DNA of 13,760 nt, from assembly GCA_043779265.1 (NCBI GenBank), contig JAYWEM010000026.1:1-13760 (forward strand), read 5' to 3'. The notes beneath the pieces were generated by a model. It saw nothing but the letters and a program-made list of their open reading frames with translations, searched no databases and was not told the DNA's origin. Of the stretch, positions 7,361 through 13,760 are shown in pieces; position 1 is the stretch's first letter, and every line of letters begins with the position of its first letter. The position numbers and the translations under genes were made by a program. This DNA comes from a bacterium (lineage in GTDB: Bacteria; Eisenbacteria; RBG-16-71-46).

Positions 7361-8755
7361 GTGAGCACTTCAAGCCCTCCACCTCGTTCGGCGAGTTGGT
7401 TCGACAAGACCGACGCGCCGGGCACGCCCGACCTCGAGACCTGCATCCACTGCGGGCTGTGTCTCACAGCGTGCCCCACGTACCGTACGCTCAAGACCGA
7501 GCCCGACTCGCCGCGCGGCCGCCTCTATCTGATGCGCGGCCTGGCCGAGGGGCGGATCGCGCCGAGCGATCCGCTGGTGATGCACCTCGATCGCTGCCTC
7601 GACTGCCGCGCTTGCGAGACCGCCTGCCCGGCCGGCGTGCCGTATTCGCGTCTGCTTGAAGCGACGCGCGGCCAGCTCGAGCGCCGCACAAGGCGCGCCT
7701 CACTGCCGCGACTCGCCGGGACCTGGGCGCTTCGCCATGTGCTGCCGAGTCGAGCGAACGTCCAGTGGGCGGCCACGCTGCTGCGTCTGAGCCAGGCGCC
7801 GCCACTGGCCGCGATCGCCCGCGCACTCGCGCGCGCCGGCGCGCTGCCTCGGTTCATGGCGCAGGGCCTGGCGATGACGCCGCCGATTTCGCCTCGCTCG
7901 GCGCGCCCGCTCGAGGCGGTGGCGAGAACACTGCCCGCCGGTGGGCGCATGGAGCGCCGAGCCGAGGGCCTCGTGTTCCACCCGGCGGGTGCTCGACGAG
8001 ACGTCGTCTCGTTCCACACGAGCTGCGTGATGCCCGCCTTCTTCCCCGCATTGGACCACGCCACCGTGAAGCTGCTGCTCCTGACCGGGCTCGAAGTGCG
8101 CGTGCCCGAATCGCGCACCTGCTGTGGCGCGCTGCAGGCGCATGCGGGGCTGCGTGCCGTGGCCAAGGAGCTCGCCACGCGCAACGCCGCCGCCTTCGAG
8201 GGCGACGCCACGTTCATCGTCTCCAACTCGGCGGGCTGCGGCGCCGCGCTGCGGGAGGCGGGCCACCTGCTCGAGGGAACCGAGCAGCATGCGAGGGCCG
8301 AGTCGCTCGCCACGCGCACGCGCGATGTGAGCGAGGTGCTCGCCCACTTCGGGCTGCCCGATGCGCCGCGCACGCTGCACGCGCCGAACGACCCCTCGAA
8401 ACCGCTGCGCGTCACCTATCACGATGCCTGCCATCTCGCGCACGCCCAGCGTGTGCGTGAGGCGCCGAGGCGGCTGATCCGCGCGCTCCCGGGCGTCGAG
8501 TTCGCGGAGCTGCCCGACAGCGACTTCTGCTGCGGCAGCGCCGGCACCTACAACCTGGCGCAGCCCGAGCTGGCCGATGCGCAGCTGGTCGGCAAGATGC
8601 AGCGAGTCGCCGAGGTCGCCCCGCACGTGGTGGTCGCCTCCAACCCCGGCTGCCTGCTCCACATGCAGCGCGGCGCCGATGAGCGCTCGCTGTCGGTGCG
8701 GCACGCGCACATCGTCGAACTGCTGGCCGAGGCCCACTTCGGCGCCACCACGTGA
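7361..8755 (+). CDS. glcF: Glycolate oxidase iron-sulfur subunit (GlcF-type; 2x[4Fe-4S] plus two CCG domains), about 464 aa
   Basis: CIHCGLCLTACP and CLDCRACETACP ferredoxin motifs, 'E.DSPRGRLYLM', 'TCCGAL', 'NSAGCG', 'YHDACHL.H', 'CCGSAGTYN..QP', 'NPGC..H', 'HIVELL'. Start placed at GTG 7361 (the track uses 7334). Confidence 0.88.
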   Translation: MSTSSPPPRSASWFDKTDAPGTPDLETCIHCGLCLTACPTYRTLKTEPDSPRGRLYLMRGLAEGRIAPSDPLVMHLDRCLDCRACETACPAGVPYSRLLEATRGQLERRTRRASLPRLAGTWALRHVLPSRANVQWAATLLRLSQAPPLAAIARALARAGALPRFMAQGLAMTPPISPRSARPLEAVARTLPAGGRMERRAEGLVFHPAGARRDVVSFHTSCVMPAFFPALDHATVKLLLLTGLEVRVPESRTCCGALQAHAGLRAVAKELATRNAAAFEGDATFIVSNSAGCGAALREAGHLLEGTEQHARAESLATRTRDVSEVLAHFGLPDAPRTLHAPNDPSKPLRVTYHDACHLAHAQRVREAPRRLIRALPGVEFAELPDSDFCCGSAGTYNLAQPELADAQLVGKMQRVAEVAPHVVVASNPGCLLHMQRGADERSLSVRHAHIVELLAEAHFGATT

Positions 8756-10089
8756 CGGCGAAGGCACCGCTGACCCGGCGTGCGGTGGCGGCGCTGTTCC
8801 TCGAGCGCCAGTGGCTCGATCGGCCACGCGCCCGCAGGCTCTCGGCCGCATCGCTCGGCGGGTTCGTCACAGCGACGGGCGGGCTGCAGATCGACTCGGT
8901 GCATGTCGTCGATCGGGCGCACCATCTGACGCTGTGGAGTCGGTTCGGCGCCTATGACCGCGCCAAGCTCGAGCGACTGCTCTATCGCGACCGGGTATTG
9001 ATCGAGTACTTCACGCATGTCGCCTGTTTCGCCGCCCGAGCCGACCTGCCGCTTCTCAAGGCGTTCATGCTCCAGACGCCGACGAGATGGGATCGCACCA
9101 CGGACTGGCATCGCAAGAACCGCGCGGCGATCGAACGTGTCGAGCGCGCCGTTTCCGAGCGGGGACCCTTGGGCACCGCCGACTTCGAGAAGCCGCCCGG
9201 CAGCGCGCGAAGCGATGGGTGGTGGGACTGGAAGCCCGCGACACGCGCCCTCGACTATCTGTGGAAGTGCGGCCGGCTCGGCATCCACTCGCGCGTCCAC
9301 TTCCGTAAGCGCTACGACCTGGCCGAGCGCGTGCTGCCCGAACTGGGCGCCATGAAGCCGCTCGCGCCCGAGACGGCGAACGAGGAGCGACTGCTGCGCT
9401 CGTTGCAGGCGATGGGCGCGGCGACGCTGGACGACCTGCGCATGTACTGGTCGTGGCCGCAGATGATGGCGCCGGTGATGAAGGCGACGATCGCACGCCT
9501 CGCCGCATCCGGCCGCATCACCGCATGCGAGGTCGAGGACGAGAGGGGCCCGTGGTGGGCGCGCACGGAGGACCTGCCAGCGCTCGCTCGGGCCGAGAAG
9601 AAGCGCTCGCCTTCGCTCGGCACCGTGATGCTAGCGCCATTCGACTCGTTTCTGTGGCATCGGCTTCGGATCGAGCGGCTGTGGGGCTTCCACTACCGCA
9701 TCGAGATCTATGTGCCCGAGGGCCAGCGTCAGCACGGCTACTACTCGATGCCGGTGCTGCACGACGGCGTGTTCATCGGCCGCGTCGATCTGAAGACGCA
9801 TCGGAAGGAAGGCGTTCTGGAAGCGCGTCACGCCCACTTCGAGCCGTGGTTCGCCAAGGGCCAACCACCGCCGCGCGCTGCGTGGAACTCCGTCGACCGC
9901 CCCGTCGCGCTCGCCGGACTCGCCGAGTCGCTCTACGACCTCGCGCGCCACGTCGGTGCGAGTCGCGTGAAGCTCGATCGCGTCACCCCCGCCTCGCTGC
10001 GCGCGCCGCTCGCTCAGGCGCTGCGCGCTTCGCTCTCGGGATCCCCTGCCGCACCGCACCGTGCGGCTCGGAGGATCATCCGAGTCTAG
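8752..10089 (+). CDS. ycaQ: YcaQ-like winged-helix (HTH_42/AlkZ superfamily) DNA glycosylase for crosslink repair, 445 aa
   Basis: Catalytic QxD motif 'LQIDSV...RAHHLTLWSR', 'EYFTH.AC', 'GWWDWKP', 'KRYDLAERVLP', 'LAPFD', 'YRIEIYVP...RQHGYY.MPVL...FIGRVDLK'. The GTG start overlaps the glcF stop (GTGA 8752-8755). Confidence 0.88.
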   Translation: MTAKAPLTRRAVAALFLERQWLDRPRARRLSAASLGGFVTATGGLQIDSVHVVDRAHHLTLWSRFGAYDRAKLERLLYRDRVLIEYFTHVACFAARADLPLLKAFMLQTPTRWDRTTDWHRKNRAAIERVERAVSERGPLGTADFEKPPGSARSDGWWDWKPATRALDYLWKCGRLGIHSRVHFRKRYDLAERVLPELGAMKPLAPETANEERLLRSLQAMGAATLDDLRMYWSWPQMMAPVMKATIARLAASGRITACEVEDERGPWWARTEDLPALARAEKKRSPSLGTVMLAPFDSFLWHRLRIERLWGFHYRIEIYVPEGQRQHGYYSMPVLHDGVFIGRVDLKTHRKEGVLEARHAHFEPWFAKGQPPPRAAWNSVDRPVALAGLAESLYDLARHVGASRVKLDRVTPASLRAPLAQALRASLSGSPAAPHRAARRIIRV

Positions 10090-10144
10090 CGGGTGGCCCG
10101 ACTGAACTGGGGGTTCCCACCCAGCGGCCCATGAACCTCCGGGC

Positions 10145-10174
10145 TCGACGCGCCCCCGACGGGCCCACTAGAAT
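10145..10174 (+). promoter_or_regulatory. Putative sigma70 promoter TCGACG-N18-TAGAAT
   Basis: -10 TAGAAT (10169-10174) is one mismatch from consensus in a GC-rich background. Candidate -35 at 10145-10150. Confidence 0.45.
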
Positions 10175-10212
10175 TGCGTCTCACCGAGTGCCGCGCCCAC
10201 GCCGGAGACCGC

Positions 10213-12783
10213 ATGCTCCACGCCCGCCACCTCGCTCTGCTCTGCCTCGGCCTCGTCGCCACGGTCGCGCTGTTCTGGCACCGCGCGCCACCGGCTCCGG
10301 TCAGTGCGCTCGCTGGGGATGCCGCCAAGGCGCGGCCTTCGGATTGGTTCCTCGCCCAGCGCATGCTCCCCGATGGCAGCGTGCCGCAGGAGCGCTACGA
10401 GGCGGCTCGCGAGCAGCGGCTGTTCGAGCAGGCGTTGATGACGAGCGCCGGCGTGGATTGGGAGTGCGTCGGGCCGTACAACATCGGCGGCCGCATCACG
10501 GCGATCGCCGCGCTGCCGGGAGGCCAGACGGTCTACGTCGGAGCGGCGAACGGCGGCGTGTTCAAGTCGGTCAACGGCGGCGTCAACTGGAACTCGCTCA
10601 CCGACGCCACGTCGATCATGTCGGTCGGCGCCGTTGCGATCGACCCGTTCGATTCGCAGACGATCTACGTCGGCACGGGCGAGGCCAACGGCTCAGTCGA
10701 TTCCTACGACGGCAATGGGCTGTGGCGGTCGAGAGACGCCGGCGGCACGTGGGAGCCGATCGGGCTCGCGGCCACGGCGCGCATCGCCGAGGTGGTCATC
10801 GACCCACAGGACCCGCAGCACCTGTTGGTGGCGGCGATGGGCCGCCAGTTCTCGACCGGCCCCGATCGCGGCCTCTACCGCTCGACCGATGGCGGCGCCA
10901 ACTGGAGCAAGGTGCTGTTCGTGAACGACAGCACCGGCGTGTGCGACGTGGTGTTCAACCCCACATCGCCCGACACCGTGTACGCCGCGACCTGGGAGCG
11001 CGTGCGACGCCCCACCTACCGCCGCGCGTTCGGCCCGGGCGGCGGCATCTGGCGCAGCGTGAATCGAGGCGTCACCTGGAGCCGCCTGACGAGCGGCCTG
11101 CCCGCACTCGACGACAACCTCGGCCGCATCGGCCTGGCGATCGCGCCGTCTCGGCCGTCTCGCGTCTACGCGCAGATCATCAGCGGCGCCAGCGGCGGCT
11201 ATTCCGGCCGCGGCCTCTATCGCACCGACAACGGCGGCCAGACGTGGGTGCGACGCGATACCGGCACTTTCTCCGCGAGCTTCGGCGGGTTCGGTTGGTA
11301 CTTCGGCGAGGTCACGGTCGATCCGACCAACCCCGATCGTGTCTTCACCTGCGGCGTGTCGGTGCTGCGCTCGATGGATGGCGGCGTCACGTTCACCGAC
11401 GTCACCTCGGGTGCACACGTCGATGAGCACGCGCTGTGGATCGATCCCACGAATCCCAACCGCGTGCTGATGGGCAGCGATGGAGGCTTCTACTGGACGC
11501 TGGGCGGTGTGGGTTGGAACAAGAGCCTCGACCTGCCCATCACGCAGTTCTATGCCGGCACGGTGGCACCCCAGAACGCCAACAAGATCCTCGGCGGCAC
11601 GCAGGACAACGGCACGCTCAAGACGGAAGCCGGGCCCTCGGCGTGGACCCACATCCTGGGTGGCGATGGCTTCCATGTGCTGGTCGATGGCGCCGACACC
11701 AACACGCTGTTCGCCGAGTGGCAGTTCGGCAGCAGCGGCGCTGGGGTGCGGCGCAGCATCAACAACGGTGCCAACTTCGCCTCCACCAGCGGCTGGGTCT
11801 CGGGCGATCGGTTCAACTGGAACACGCCGTTCGTGGTGAATCCGAAGTCGCCCCATACGCTGCTGGCCGGGAGTCATCGCGTCTATCGCTCGGAGGACAA
11901 CGGCGTCACCTGGGCCCCGATCAGCCCCGACCTGACCTACAGCCTGAGTGCGGGCCTCGTCCTCAGCACGATCACCACGCTCGCCGTGAGCGCCCCCGAC
12001 ACCAACCTCTACTACGTCGGCACCGACGACGGCCGCGTGTGGCGGAGCGTGAATGGCGGCACGGACTGGTTCGACATCACGTTCGGCCTGCCGTCTCGCT
12101 ACGTGACGCGCGTCGTCCCCGACCCGGTCGATCCGATGGGGCTGTACGTCACGCTCTCGGGATTCGGTATCGACGAGAACGCCGCGCACATCTATCGCAG
12201 CACGAATCGCGGCCAGACCTGGAGTTCGGTCGGCGGCAACCTGCCCGACGTGCCGGCCAACGACCTGATCGTCGATCCGCTCGATCCGCAGACGCTCTAC
12301 GCGGGCACCGACGTGGGTGTGTACTTCTCCAGGAACCGTGGCGCCGTGTGGGCGCCGATGGGGCGCTCGATGCCGGTGCAGACGGTGTTCGACCTCGAGC
12401 TGCACACGGCCTCGCGTCAGTTGGTCGCCTTCACGCACGGCCGATCCGCCTGGCGATTCGATCTCTCGTTCGTCCCGGTCTCGGTTCCGTCCGCCGGCTC
12501 CGGCCCCCTGCTCGCACTGTCACTCCCGTCGCCGAGCCCCTCGCGGGGCGCCATCTCGCTCACGCTGACGCTCGAGAGGGCCGGGCAGGTGGACCTATCG
12601 GTGTACGACATCACCGGTCGCCGCGTGCGGAATCTGCTGCGCGGCGAGCAGCCCGCAGGCACCCGAACGCTGCGCTGGGAGCGGTCGGATGCGATGGGAG
12701 CGCGTGTGAAGTCCGGCGTGTATTTCGTTCGGGCATCATCGGATGGCGGCTCGGCGAATCAGCGGATCATGCTCGTCGACTGA
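10213..12783 (+). CDS. Secreted BNR/Asp-box VPS10-like beta-propeller protein with C-terminal FlgD-Ig / T9SS-like sorting domain, 856 aa
   Basis: Start moved to ATG 10213 (GGAGA at 10204-10208). Hydrophobic N-terminal signal or anchor. About 11 Asp-boxes (SVNGGVNW, SRDAGGTW, STDGGANW, SVNRGVTW ... SRNRGAVW). Motifs 'GP.NIGGRI', 'YVGTGE', 'GGTQDNGT', 'GGDGF', 'THGRSAW'. C-terminal 'PSPSRG...VYDITGRRVRNL......G...LRW...D..G.RV.SGVYFVR'. Confidence 0.93.
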   Translation: MLHARHLALLCLGLVATVALFWHRAPPAPVSALAGDAAKARPSDWFLAQRMLPDGSVPQERYEAAREQRLFEQALMTSAGVDWECVGPYNIGGRITAIAALPGGQTVYVGAANGGVFKSVNGGVNWNSLTDATSIMSVGAVAIDPFDSQTIYVGTGEANGSVDSYDGNGLWRSRDAGGTWEPIGLAATARIAEVVIDPQDPQHLLVAAMGRQFSTGPDRGLYRSTDGGANWSKVLFVNDSTGVCDVVFNPTSPDTVYAATWERVRRPTYRRAFGPGGGIWRSVNRGVTWSRLTSGLPALDDNLGRIGLAIAPSRPSRVYAQIISGASGGYSGRGLYRTDNGGQTWVRRDTGTFSASFGGFGWYFGEVTVDPTNPDRVFTCGVSVLRSMDGGVTFTDVTSGAHVDEHALWIDPTNPNRVLMGSDGGFYWTLGGVGWNKSLDLPITQFYAGTVAPQNANKILGGTQDNGTLKTEAGPSAWTHILGGDGFHVLVDGADTNTLFAEWQFGSSGAGVRRSINNGANFASTSGWVSGDRFNWNTPFVVNPKSPHTLLAGSHRVYRSEDNGVTWAPISPDLTYSLSAGLVLSTITTLAVSAPDTNLYYVGTDDGRVWRSVNGGTDWFDITFGLPSRYVTRVVPDPVDPMGLYVTLSGFGIDENAAHIYRSTNRGQTWSSVGGNLPDVPANDLIVDPLDPQTLYAGTDVGVYFSRNRGAVWAPMGRSMPVQTVFDLELHTASRQLVAFTHGRSAWRFDLSFVPVSVPSAGSGPLLALSLPSPSPSRGAISLTLTLERAGQVDLSVYDITGRRVRNLLRGEQPAGTRTLRWERSDAMGARVKSGVYFVRASSDGGSANQRIMLVD

Positions 12784-12789
12784 CCCGGT

Positions 12790-12811
12790 CGGCGCCTTTC
12801 GAGAGGCGTCG
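12790..12811 (+). terminator. Possible 3' stem-loop after the VPS10/FlgD gene
   Basis: CGGCGCCTT-TCGA-GAGGCGTCG forms a 9-bp stem with two G-U pairs, 6 nt after the stop. No U-tract. Confidence 0.3.
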
Positions 12812-12903
12812 GAACAGCGCTTGGGGAGCGGTCTCGAGCTCCCCCACCCGGCTCCCGCCCGCTCCAGCCGCGGCTCCCCCTCAGGTGGGGTCAGGATTTC
12901 CCT

Positions 12904-12931
12904 TTGTAAGTGGGGCGTTCGCTGCTATACC
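12904..12931 (+). promoter_or_regulatory. Putative sigma70 promoter of HU: TTGTAA-N16-TATACC with extended -10 TG
   Basis: -35-like TTGTAA at 12904-12909, TG at 12923-12924, -10-like TATACC at 12926-12931, in a locally AT-richer stretch. Confidence 0.5.
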
Positions 12932-13009
12932 CACGCGTGGCTAAGGCGTTCTGCTTGCGCCTGTCCGATCTTCAGCGGTTCTCATCACCGTCACAGAGGA
13001 AGGATCCCC

Positions 13010-13297
13010 ATGGCTGCGAAGATGATGACCAAGACGCAGATCGCCGGTTACTTGGCGGAGAAGTTCGAATTCCCGAAGAAGATGGGCCAGGCGATTCTCG
13101 ATGAACTCGCCCAGCTCGCCGCGAAGAACGCCAAGGTCGGGTTCAAGTTCCCGGGCCTCGGCAAGCTCGTCGTCGTGAATCGCAAGGCTCGCATGGGCCG
13201 CAACCCGCAGACGGGCGAGGCCATCAAGATCCCGGCCAAGCGCGTGCTCAAGTTCCGCATCTCGAAGGAGATGAAGGACCGCGTCCTCCTGAAGTAG
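13010..13297 (+). CDS. hup: HU family histone-like DNA-binding protein, 95 aa
   Basis: ATG 13010 with AGGAAGGA upstream. MTKTQIA..LAEK, 'FPGLGKL', arm 'RKARMGRNPQTGEAIKIPAKRVLKFR..K..KD.V'. Confidence 0.97.
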   Translation: MAAKMMTKTQIAGYLAEKFEFPKKMGQAILDELAQLAAKNAKVGFKFPGLGKLVVVNRKARMGRNPQTGEAIKIPAKRVLKFRISKEMKDRVLLK

Positions 13298-13341
13298 GTC
13301 GCGTCAGCGCCCTCGCGCTGCACTCGATTCAGCGAAATCGC

Positions 13342-13372
13342 AGGGCCCCGGCGCTTCAAGCGCCGGGGCCTT
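13342..13372 (+). terminator. Terminator-like hairpin downstream of HU
   Basis: GGCCCCGGCGC-TTCAA-GCGCCGGGGCC: perfect 11-bp GC stem (13344-13370), extendable, followed by only a short TTC tail. Confidence 0.65.
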
Positions 13373-13379
13373 CGCGCGT

Positions 13380-13406
13380 TCAGGGGCACGCCCGGCCTGC
13401 CGATAC
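13380..13406 (+). promoter_or_regulatory. Putative sigma28 (FliA/WhiG-type) promoter TCAGG-N14-GCCGATAC
   Basis: GCCGATA at 13399-13405 matches the sigma28 -10. TCAGG at 13380-13384 is one mismatch from the TCAAG-type -35 at the expected spacing. Confidence 0.55.
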
Positions 13407-13436
13407 CCGGGGCGGACCGACCCGCCCGGAGAACCC

Positions 13437-13760
13437 ATGTCCGTCGACGTCACACTGCTCGAGCGCATCCCCGAGCCCGTACTGCTGGTCTCGCCGACCG
13501 GCGACACCCTCTATGGCAACGCCGCCTTCCACCGACTCGTCGGCCAGCTGTCCGTGCCCGGACGACTGACCGGCCTGTTCGGCGCGCCGGCCCAGGTCGT
13601 GATCGCCGAGGCGCGCCGCAACGGACTCGCGCGTGCGTTCCTGCCGCTGGCTGGTCTTCCCGACTCGGGTCGTGGCTACCGGCTCGAAGTGCGGGGCGGC
13701 AGCGAGGACGGCACGCTCGCCGTGCTGTTGATCGACCTCTCCGAGGAAGTCGCGTGGCGG
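13437..13760 (+). CDS. PAS-domain signalling protein (N-terminus, e.g. sensor kinase); 3'-truncated by the window edge
   Basis: ATG 13437 with GGAGA at 13428-13432. Open for 108 codons: MSVDVTLLERIPEPVLLVSPTGDTLYGNAAFHRLVG...TLAVLLIDLSEEVAWR. PAS-like 'LE.IP.PVLLV...G...Y.N.AF..L.G' start and 'DLSE' (DIT-like) end. Not in the ORF track. Confidence 0.72.
   Translation, partial: MSVDVTLLERIPEPVLLVSPTGDTLYGNAAFHRLVGQLSVPGRLTGLFGAPAQVVIAEARRNGLARAFLPLAGLPDSGRGYRLEVRGGSEDGTLAVLLIDLSEEVAWR

Noticed and set aside
8752..10089. AlkZ-type self-resistance gene marking a genotoxin biosynthetic cluster
   Set aside because: The catalytic motif is QxD (YcaQ-like housekeeping clade), not QxQ, and no biosynthetic genes are present in the window.
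10540..12350. Recurrent DNA motifs such as GGCGGC...ACCTGG/AACTGG as CRISPR-like or tandem repeats
   Set aside because: They are codons of protein Asp-box (SxDGGxTW) repeats, degenerate and irregularly spaced.
10693..12438. 581-aa minus-strand ORF that resembles the 288..1700 ORF
   Set aside because: The resemblance only mirrors paralogy of the two real VPS10 genes on the opposite strands.
12784..12903. tRNA or ncRNA in the gap upstream of HU
   Set aside because: No cloverleaf, T-loop GTTCRA or CCA end; only short GC hairpins.
9453..12944. Long off-frame plus ORFs 9453..11426 (657 aa) and 11436..12944 (502 aa)
   Set aside because: Arg/Pro/Gly-rich alternative frames overlapping well-supported genes; no RBS or domain signal.

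Overview
A very GC-rich, gene-dense bacterial chromosomal window. I see no mobile element, CRISPR array, tRNA or rRNA. Twelve real genes can be supported; the many other long ORFs in the track are antisense or off-frame shadows. In order: (-) secreted BNR/Asp-box VPS10-like beta-propeller protein running off the left edge (absent from the ORF track); (-) LolA-like outer-membrane lipoprotein-sorting protein; (+) SbnI/SerK-like ParB-fold free-serine kinase homologue; (-) VOC/glyoxalase; (+) Zn-binding MDR dehydrogenase; (-) ABC-2 exporter permease and ATPase; (+) GlcF-type Fe-S/CCG oxidoreductase overlapping (GTGA) a YcaQ-like DNA glycosylase; (+) second BNR/VPS10 protein with a C-terminal FlgD-Ig/T9SS-like domain; (+) HU; (+) PAS-domain protein running off the right edge. 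The FlgD-Ig tail plus high GC suggests an FCB-associated candidate lineage such as Ca. Eisenbacteria (inference only). The most interesting signals are: the same bipartite motif, GCAACC-N13-CACCGTA, upstream of both minus-strand envelope operons (candidate ECF-sigma regulon); an orphan SbnI/SerK-like kinase outside any siderophore cluster; the glcF-ycaQ coupling; apparent leaderless promoters; and a sigma28-like promoter before the PAS gene. All family assignments come from motif recognition, not database searches.
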